DNA of 64,000 nucleotides from Octopus vulgaris. Taxonomy: Eukaryota. Where the stretch lies: positions 59,396,001 through 59,460,000 of the forward strand of contig OX597817.1 in NCBI GenBank assembly GCA_951406725.2, read 5' to 3'. The notes under the pieces were generated by a model. It had not been told where the DNA came from. It was given only the letters and a program-made list of their open reading frames with translations, and searched no databases. Shown here one piece after another: positions 52,901 to 61,439 of the stretch. Position 1 is the first letter of the stretch. Every line of letters begins with the position of its first letter. Position numbers and translations under genes: made by a program.

Positions 52901-55900
52901 GAGAGAGGAAGGGAGGGAGAGAGAGAGGGCGAGAGAGAGGAGAGAGAGAGGGAGAGAGATGGAGATAGATAGAGAGAGGGAGATAGATAGAGAGAGGGCG
53001 AGAGAGGTTTATGGCCGTGGTAACGCACATACATCCACACATGTCTCTATGAACAGAGATGAAACTTCAAAACTTCATTTTATTGCCACCGGTCAGTTTG
53101 GGAATTCTGGAAAAAGGTTAGAAAAACACTTCCATCATTGATAGAAAAGGCTTTTGCAGCTGAGAAGATTCGCGGAACATTTTTGGTTTCTTTTTGAGCA
53201 GATTTTCCGAAAGTTTTATTCTGAAATCTTTTTGAAAATCCAAAGACATAACTACACATTTCCGCAGCCCCGACTTTGGATGATCATAACTTTCAGAAAA
53301 ATGGATATTTTTTAATGAAAATTGTCTACGAATATGTGTTATAGCATGTAGATTCCGAATATACAAATTTTTTGGCAGGGAAGTGCTTTCAGAGGGGCTG
53401 CAGTAGGGAATTTCGGAAAATTCGCCAGAGTCCACTTCAATTCAATTTTTTCAATGATATTCTCTACAAATATACCCCCAGACTATGTAGATTTCGAGGA
53501 CATAGGAATTTTGGAGAAAAACAATTGGGGGCTAATTTTGAGAACTGTTCTCCACTCGCGGATGTTTCTGAACAAGTCATCCATATTTGTTTCATTTTCT
53601 CCTTTTGTGCGTTTGTGCATCCGTAGATTACTACTGAAACAACAAACAGGCAACGAAGGCAAATGAAACCCTCACCAGGAAACTTGCTATGCTAAAAATA
53701 ACAGCTAATGGTCTGCTACACAGAAATATGTTATTAAAACGACTTATCCCAGGCATACGATTTTTTTCACTTTGAGTAAATTCCCAGGTAAACGTTTCTA
53801 AAAGAAAGGCAGAAGATACCAGAAGCAAAAATAAGGAATATACACGCACAGTTAAATATAGAAGTGTAAAGCATAATTTGTTGCATAATCTCAATAATAA
53901 ACATGAAATTGAATGGAATAATTCCTCGTTTGAACTTTTTTAATTAAATGTGAAGGAGGGGTAGAAGTCTACGGATGCACAAACGCACAAAACGGAGAAA
54001 ATGAAACAAATATGGACGACATGTTCAGAAACATCCACGAGTGGGGAACAGTTCTTAAAAATAGCCGCCAATTGTTTCCCCCTAAAATCTACATAGTCCG
54101 AGATATATTTGTAGAGAATTTCATTAAAAAGTATCCATTTTCTTGAAAGTTAAGACGAATTGAAGAGGACTCCGATGAATTTTCCGAAATTCCCCACTCC
54201 AAACTCTCCTAAAATACCCCCCCACCCAAAAAAATTTTGTATATTCGGAATCTACATGATATAACACATATTCATAGACAATTTTATTAAAACACTAGCA
54301 GTATCGCCCAGCGTTGCTCGGGTTTGTAAGGGAAATAACTATATAAGCATTTTTAGAGATGTAAAGTATAATAGCCATCTCAATATGGTTAACCACAAAG
54401 GGGGTGGGTGTTACTGTAGCTTTTTACGTTCTGAGATTTAATAGTAAACTTTTAGAGAGTTACTTCCCTAATATATGTCAAAAATGCATTAAAAATGGGA
54501 AAAATTGATGGTAAATTTTTTTTTAAATCGTAGACACGCGCTAATACCCAGAAGGGCTCGATATGAATCACGACTATAAGATACCCGGTTTTGGTTAAAC
54601 TGCACTGCAAAATGTGGGAGTAGTTAGGAATCTAAATTATAGGAGACAGACAGCACACAACCTTACTTTTATATATAAAGATATCCATTTCTCTGAAAGA
54701 TATAATCTTCCAAAGTCGGGGGTGCAGAAATCTGGGTAAAATTTTCACAATTTTACCGAAATCTGTAGTTATGCCGATTAAAAGATACTTAAAATAGTGC
54801 AAGTAAAAAAAATTCAGAGGAATATTTAAAATTCAGGGGAATATTTAAAATTAAAAAATAATTCAGAGAAATATTTAAAATTTGGATTTATACCCGCTAT
54901 TCAAGATAAACTGTCACCAAGCTTTGGGCGAAAAACTCGGATCTTGTGAATTTTCCAAAGTCCTCTCCCCACACCTTGGAAAAGATTTTCCCACAAATTT
55001 CTTTATAATCGTAATCTATGCCGGTCGAATGGTATTTATATAAAATTTCATTAAAAAACATTTTCCTAAAAGTTATGGGTGAAAAACTCGGATCTTGTGA
55101 ATTTTCCGAAGTCCCCCCCCCCCCGCCTGTTGCCCCCCCCCCCTTTTCATATTCGTTTCCTACACATCCGTTGCACTATATATTTCTATTTTGTTTCCGG
55201 GTAATATTGTAAACATTAACCAAATTTTGAATAACAAAAATTAGGTACTACTTGAGAACAGTGGTCCCGGTGCGTGCACTCACGTACTCGCGCATCCGCG
55301 CTAGCTAGTCATGACTAGTCGATCCTTACTTTGTGTCTTTGTGTATTATTTACTTTGTTTAAAATATTATTTACTTTGGATCTTTTCGGTTTGAACGGCA
55401 GTTTTTTCTAGCGGTGTCATATGAAATTGTCACCCATAATTATGACCCTAGTATCGATCTATTGCATTTCAATGTGTTTTAGGGTTAGGGGGAGGGTATC
55501 TTTTTTTCTTCAGAAATGTAAATAAACCCAATCTGTTTCTTAAACAAGGGACATATTCATACAGCACAGAATGTTTTTTTTTTACCTCAATAGACGTCAT
55601 TGATTGGTTGAAATTACAGAAATTGAAAAAAAAAAAAAAAATATCTTACAAACTATAGAATTTTCTCAATAAAGCCAAAGGAAAAAGATATGGATCTTTT
55701 CCTTTTGAACGATACATGTCAACACAATTTCTAGTTAACTAAACACTTTAAAACTTCATATACTGGTAGAATGTGTCAAAATAAAACATTTTTTTCTTTT
55801 GGCTTTCTTGAGAAAATTGTAATTCGTTTGTTTAACGTAGTTTAATTTTTCGAATTTTAACCAATGAATCGCCTCTAATTGAGCTAAAATCATTTGCTGC

Positions 55901-58895
55901 ATCTAAAACTGAGACAACACCCTCACCCTAAATTTTTGCCTTTTGTTTTTTTTTTTTCTTAATTGTTATCCTTAAATTAATTTAACAATTAAGAAAAAAA
56001 AATGAAAAACTAAAACGAAAGCAATGGAAAATAATTTTAAAAATGAACAAACAGAATAATTCTATAATTTTATACACACGCTTTCCGTATACGTACGGAA
56101 AGCGTATGTATAAAATTATAGAATTATTTTGTTTGTTAATTATTTAAATTATTTTCCATTGCTTTCGTTTTAGCCTTTCGTTTTTTTTACACGCGTAACA
56201 ATTAAATTAATTGTTAGGGTGAAGGTGAGGTTTAGGGTTAGTGACAGGATGTTGTCTCAGTTTTAGACGCAGCAAATGATTTTAGCTAACCAGAGGCGAT
56301 TCATTGGTTAAAATTTAAAAAAATTAAACTACGTTAAACAAACGAATTACAATTTTATCAAGAAAGCCAAGAGAAAAAAATGTTTATTTTGACACATTCT
56401 ACCAGTATACGAAGTTTAAAAGTGTTTAGTTAACTAGAAATTGTGTTGACATGTGCCGTTCAAAAGGAAAAGATCCAAAGATGCTTTATAAACACGTTCT
56501 ACCAGTATACAAAGTTAAAAAATTTTTAGTTACCTAGAAATTATGTTAAAAACTGCCATTCAAACCGAAAAGATCCTTTACTTTGTGTTTTTGTGTTTTA
56601 TTTACTTTGTTTAACAAAGATTATTTACTTTGTGTAAAAAAATTATTTATTTTGTGTTTTATTTACTTTGCTAGGTAGTCGTTGTAGGATCGACTAACCA
56701 CGACTAGCTAGCGCGGATGCGCGACTACGAGAGTGCGCATACCGAGACCTCTGTTCTCATGTAGTACCCAAATATTTAAATATTACAAGGGGAGCATGGC
56801 CAAAAATTGGTTGGGAACCACTGGTCTAGAGATTTCTTTTCTTGACTCACCTGTGTTGTTGATTAGCCCTGTGTCATTTGATTAGAAAACAACAGAAGAT
56901 AGATTCTCCAAACCAAACCAGACCCCCCTGGGGAGTGGCGGTAAACCAAGAATGATATGGTTGGATACACTCTGGAATCCTGCCAGAAACGTAACAGTAG
57001 TTGCTATGGAAGAGGTACCTGAGAACGGTACCTCGATGCCTCTCCAAGGAATAATAGCCAGAGAAAAATGGATGGACCAACTTGTTTTTTATTCAGGCAT
57101 CATGTACCTAGGACTCTATTATCAAATGAACTCCTTCCACTATAAAAACTATATGGTGTGTGAATTGAAGGATTTTTGACTGCTATTTCCAGCAGGTTAA
57201 CTGACCATGTGGAGGCCTTCTCATTCAGTTGTTCTAACACCAGTGGTGGCAGAGATGGTGGATAGTGGTGATAGTGATATTGATAGCTGATCAAAGGGAA
57301 CTTTTTGATCAAGGATGCTCAAACAATAATCATAACTTTTTTCATCTGATACAAACTGTTACCCGAGATATATTTAACCATTCAAGAATGTTCTCAGTGG
57401 AAGGTGTTTGTAAGCCATTTAAAAACACACAAAAACCGTTAGATTCACTCCAACATTTAAATTTAACTAGCAGTATCGCCCGGCATTGCTCGGGTTTGTT
57501 TCGACCCTTTAGAATTGGAATTTTTGAAAAGTAAAAATTTTGCATTATGTAGCTTGTTATTCTCTTTAAGTGAACATTTTTCTGGTTGAAATACACCGAA
57601 AAATGGCGACACAGCAGTCAAAATATCGTAAAAAATAGAGATTTTTATAGAAAAAAAAGCACCTTTTTTATGTAAATAATTTTTGGTGTTAACATGGTCC
57701 AATTTGAATTTTTGGTCAACTTGCACCACAGGGTCTTGGAGGAGATAGTGTTAGTTCAAGGCTACCAAACCTGCCATACACAGACAACTTCAGCTTTATA
57801 TATAGAGATTTGCCAAAATATTTTCGTCACTTTGAGACCGCAACATCTTCACTGACAAAATTTCGTGCAGCATCACAGAATTTTTTGTGTGTTTCTTAAA
57901 TGGCTTATAAACACCTTCCATGCTGCAATTGTTTTTATTTCAACACACGATCTCAGATCAGGTCACTTGCTATGCAAGTACATCTCTGTAATAATGTTCT
58001 CAGTGTTTGTTTAGTTCCGGGTCATTGGTGATCTCAGACAAAACCATCCTCACCTTTTTTCTCTTTCCACAAATATTGTATCTAGGATTGCATTAGCTTT
58101 TTAAAGATGTTATTTGAGGGAGATTTAGCTGCTATTTCAATGATTTGAATGATTGGATGGCATGTAAAAAGCACCATTCAAGTGTAGTCCATGCCAGTGC
58201 CGGTGGCACATAAAAAGCACCCACTACAATCTCGGAGTGGTTGGCAGTAGGAAGGGCATCCAGCTGTAGAAACCTTCCCAGATCAGTCCTCAGTCAAACC
58301 GTCCAACCCATGCCAGTATGGAAAGCAGATGTTAAATGATGATGATGATGATATAAATAAATAGAAATTGGCTTGTAAAGTGGAGGATGTCAGTGGTGGT
58401 GGTTATCATCATCATCATCATCATTTAAACGTCTGTTTTCCATGCTGGTATGGGTTGGACGGCTTGACTGGGGACTGGCAAGCCAGGCGGCCTCACCAGG
58501 CTCCAGTCTGATCTGGCAAAGTTTCTACAGCTGGATACCCTTCCTAATGCCAACCACTCCAAGAGTGTAGTGGGTGCTTTTTACATGGCACCAGCACAGG
58601 GATCCACTCAGGTGTATTAGGTGGTTTTAGCAATTATAGAAAGGAGATGACAAAAAAAGGAAATCAGAACAAAAGAGTGAATGAGACAGACAGACAGACA
58701 AGAGAGATAGAAAAACAGACAGACTGATAGAGAGATAAAGAGTGAAGAGTCACTTACTTTCCATGTTGTCTGAAGGCTGTTAATTTTCTCCACCATCGGT
58801 GAAAGAGGGGTCTTCTTCTCCATGTTCACCACAGTATAACCAGACACCATGGTCACCAACAACATGGCAACTAAGATTTGTGTTCGAAACTCCAT
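41115..58895 (-). CDS. CTSB: Cathepsin B (papain family C1A cysteine protease), 343 aa: complement(join(41115..41206,42316..42444,44516..44632,46563..46707,48690..48774,50878..50993,51186..51395,58758..58895))
   Basis: Signal peptide [19 protein letters not shown]; propeptide [13 protein letters not shown]; mature start [14 protein letters not shown]; catalytic QGNCGSCW; GCNGGYP; occluding loop [12 protein letters not shown]; [13 protein letters not shown]; catalytic His [11 protein letters not shown]; catalytic Asn [10 protein letters not shown]; [15 protein letters not shown]. All introns are GT-AG and the 1032 nt are in frame. Confidence 0.97.
42316..42444 (-). CDS. CTSB: CTSB coding exon 7 (catalytic His and Asn)
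   Basis: aacag|GTGTTTAC...AAAG|gtattt; encodes [42 protein letters not shown]. Confidence 0.96.
43688..43857. repeat. (ATT/ATC)n trinucleotide tract
   Basis: Directly visible. Confidence 0.9.
44516..44632 (-). CDS. CTSB: CTSB coding exon 6
   Basis: ttccag|GACAT...TCAG|gtgaaa; encodes [38 protein letters not shown]. Confidence 0.95.
44898..45152 (+). mobile_element. mariner MITE (same family as 37925..38125)
   Basis: Same TIRs with a TA TSD; the interior keeps the transposase C-terminus [19 protein letters not shown]. Confidence 0.85.
46030..46475 (+). mobile_element. SINE family C with (GAT)n tail (about 18 copies, e.g. 4595-4950, 5145-5600, 7038-7555, 11772-12150, 40071-40370, 41467-42097, 50495-50800, 51555-51880, 58140-58600)
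   Basis: Conserved GTGGTTGGCRTTAGGAAGGGCATCCAGCTGTAGAAAC..CCAACCCATGCTAGCATGGAAA..GACGTTAAACGATGATGAT; the 5' part is built of ~60-bp tandem units. Confidence 0.82.
46563..46707 (-). CDS. CTSB: CTSB coding exon 5 (occluding loop)
   Basis: ttgcag|GGTTGC...TATG|gtgtgt; encodes [48 protein letters not shown]. Confidence 0.93.
48690..48774 (-). CDS. CTSB: CTSB coding exon 4
   Basis: ttgcag|ATGTAAC...AAAATG|gtaaaa; encodes [28 protein letters not shown]. Confidence 0.94.
49622..49908 (-). mobile_element. tRNA-derived SINE (separate family)
   Basis: Minus strand GGAGGCGCAATGGCCCAGTGATTAGGGCAGCGGACTCGCGGTC..GGTTTCAATTCCC is a tRNA-like head with A and B boxes, followed by a non-tRNA body; embedded in (CA)/(TA) repeats. 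Confidence 0.65.
50878..50993 (-). CDS. CTSB: CTSB coding exon 3
   Basis: ttgcag|GCTGCT...ATGGG|gtaagt; encodes [38 protein letters not shown]. Confidence 0.94.
51186..51395 (-). CDS. CTSB: CTSB coding exon 2 (propeptide to catalytic Cys)
   Basis: ttatag|GCTCAA...TGTTGG|gtaagt; ends [10 protein letters not shown]. Confidence 0.95.
52765..53006. repeat. GA-rich polypurine tract
   Basis: About 240 nt of almost purely A/G sequence. Confidence 0.9.
53250..54730. repeat. Long imperfect inverted repeat (~380-bp arms: 53250-53627, and 53968-54730 minus the Helitron)
   Basis: ...TTTTGTGCGTTTGTGCATCCGTAGA versus TCTACGGATGCACAAACGCACAAAA...; the arms are colinear over their whole length. Confidence 0.85.
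54295..54681 (-). mobile_element. Non-autonomous Helitron with the same 3' end but a different interior
   Basis: TC...hairpin...CTAG ends, inserted at A|T. Removing it restores the arm of the 53250-54730 inverted repeat. Confidence 0.78.
55378..56576. mobile_element. Nested TIR element (GGATC termini, 8-bp TSD)
   Basis: GGATCTTTTCGGTTTGAACGGCAGTTTTT / AAAAACTGCCATTCAAACCGAAAAGATCC; TTTACTTT on both sides. Confidence 0.8.
55692..56476. mobile_element. Innermost 785-bp whole-length palindromic foldback element
   Basis: TIR GGATCTTTTCCTTTTGAACG / CGTTCAAAAGGAAAAGATCC; arms pair up to the centre CGCTTTCCGTATACGTACGGAAAGCG (~56090); TSD AAAGATAT/AAAGATGC. Confidence 0.85.
57467..57808 (-). mobile_element. 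Non-autonomous Helitron (internally deleted copy of the 783..1178 family)
   Basis: TCTCTATATATAAAGCTGAAG...CCCGAGCAATGCCGGGCGATACTGCTAG. Confidence 0.8.
58758..58895 (-). CDS. CTSB: CTSB coding exon 1 (signal peptide and start of propeptide)
   Basis: Acceptor tttcag 12 nt upstream of the ATG (exon starts at 58907, which implies a 5'UTR intron); donor AAA|gtaagt. Confidence 0.92.
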
Positions 58896-61156
58896 ATTGG
58901 GACTTGTCTGAAATTAAAACAAGACAAAGCTATTAATCAATTAAGGTACACTCTCCCTTTTTTTTGCCTTTCCTCCAATCACCTCATCTCCATCTTCTGA
59001 GTCCCACTTCTCTCCCCACTTTCATCTCAGTTCTCTAACCTTCCTCTTCTCTATCCCCTTTATTAATTTCTTTACTACCTACAGGGGGCTAAACACAGAG
59101 GGGAGAAATAAGGACAGACAAACGGATTAAGTTGATTATATCGACTCCAGTGCATAACTGGTACTTAATTTATCGACCCCGAAAGGATGAAAGGCAAAGT
59201 CGACCTCGGCAGAATTTGAACTCAGAACATAACAGCAGATGAAATATCCCCTTTATTGCTCTGCATGAATGGAAGCGATGTACAACAGACATGAGACAAG
59301 ACAAATATCTGGTGTTGGCCATTGCCATTGGCCATCATCATCATTATCATTTTTTCCATTCTTGCATAGATTGGATGGAAGTTGTTGAGGCAGACTTTCT
59401 ACGTCCAGAGGCCCCTCCATGTTGCCAACACCCATCTGTTTCAAAGCAAGGTAATATTTCCTCGTGACAAGGCATGTTTCCACAGAAGATTAGAATCAAA
59501 AGGCACTGATTGCTTGGAACTGGCATTCATTTACAAATATTACATGAAACCAAGGTAAGGAAACAGTAATCCCCCCACACACACACACACACATGCATAT
59601 ACAGATATCTATTTACATATAAAAACATAACAGGCTTCTTTCAGTTTCTGTCGACCAAATCTACTCACAACGATTTGGTCAGTCCGAGGGGCTATATTAG
59701 AAGACATTTGCCTGTTGAATGTCTATTACATATATTCATAATATATGGTATAATTATAAACAGGGCAAATTTTAGCCATTTCTCCACAGACTAAAGAAAT
59801 GATGAACAACCTTAATCAATTTTTGAACCTTATTGGGTTCTCATCAGCGGCGTCTACATCATTCTGACAAGTCTCCAGAGAAACAATCAGCCAAACTGAT
59901 TATATACTCAACAAATGCAGCAGTTACTCTATGAAGGAGTCCCTAATTTGCATACTGAAACGTTTAACATTCTATGAATACCAACAACCTGTCAACGGAG
60001 ATCTTAGTCTACAGAGTATCAAGGTATGATATAATATATATGTAACATATGGTATAATATACACACACACTCATATGAATGTGTGTGTGTGTGTATGCAT
60101 GTATTACTGACTCCTTGCCTTGACATCACATGATAGTCACGAGTGTTACCATCATGTAAGCAGTATCCTTTGTTTTCAATCTTCCAAGATAGATTTGGTC
60201 ATGGACAAATATTAGCTTACCTAAAAACAGGTGAGGGTTGAAGAAGGGAGAGCATTTGGCCACAGAAAATCTACCTCAACAAATTCTGTCTGGCCCACGC
60301 AAGTATGGAAAAGTGGACTTTAAAATGACAATGATGATGATGATGCTGATGACGACATGGGGTGAGGTGGTCACAGAAATGTTGGATACCATTGATCTAT
60401 GTGGTTACATAATCTGCTAGAAATAGCAGTCAAATCTCCTGTAAATCTTCTCCTACTGTCTTGGAAAAGACTCGTTTAATTAATGTAATCCAGGCTAGAT
60501 TACAGAATGCCTTTGATCACAGATTGGCTTGACTAGGACTACCAGAGGCTAAACAACAACAAAACACTAGAGGGAGCTTTGTCATGGTCATCTGATCGGC
60601 TAGAAATAGCAACTCCCTCAAATTTCACCCATCTATCCTAATACAATATGAAATACATTTTAGATAATGTAGCATATTTAATGATATAAAAGACACGTGG
60701 GCATATTAGAAACATGCCAATATCAGCAGCAGACGTCCAGGAGAAAATGGTTTTAGTACAATAAAGCATTTGAGGTTGATCAAACTTTGCAGTTGGGGCC
60801 TGGGATGAATGCTTTGCAACACTTTTTTGGAGAAAAAAGTACATTTTATATGCCATCCAACATGGCAGTCTTACCACCATCACCACCACCAATACTACTA
60901 CTACTACTATAACTGCTGCTGTTGTGAATGTCACTGTCACAAACACATAAATCAATTCACCAACCAAACTTAAAACTTCAGACAACGTTAAAAGATTATG
61001 TGAACAGTTTAAATAGGTTACAGGTCATCATCACGAGATAAAAAGTTATTCTTAAACAACAACACTTGACTGGATTCAACACATATTCAAAACTGAAGGA
61101 GATTTTATACTTTCTGTGTATGTGTGTGTGTGTGTGTATATGTATCTATATATACA

Positions 61157-61219
<63 letters not shown>

Positions 61220-61404
61220 TTAATTACACACATGCATTCAAATGTGTGTAAGTATACCTCTGTATATACACACACAAACACAAGCACACACACACATATA
61301 CACATACACAGAAAGCACTTAACCTTAATTGATAATACTTGTCTTGCTTGGTTATTGTACATAACCTTCAGCACACAAATCCTCACAACTGTACAAGCTT
61401 TAGC

Positions 61405-61439
<35 letters not shown>

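Larger units (their letters stand above)
55244..56768. mobile_element. TIR element (GGTAC termini, Merlin-like) with ~80-bp TIRs
   Basis: GGTACTACTTGAGAACAG..CGCGCATCCGCGCTAGCTAGTC versus GACTAGCTAGCGCGGATGCGCG..CTGTTCTCATGTAGTACC; possible 9-bp TSD CAAAAATTA/CAAATATTT. Confidence 0.7.
52416..56823. mobile_element. Old hAT (Charlie/Buster-like) element hosting nested foldback elements
   Basis: Left end CCGTGATTCCCAG; right end TTGGGAACCACTG (reverse complement CAGTGGTTCCCAA); TSD TTGTAGAG/GTCTAGAG (6/8 match, nnnTAnnn). Confidence 0.55.

Noticed and set aside
52657-53141. S/P/L-rich and E/R/G-rich ORFs
   Set aside because: They are translations of the GA polypurine tract.
55478-55492. TTAGGG telomeric motif
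   Set aside because: Only about 2 units, inside a transposon; not an interstitial telomere array.
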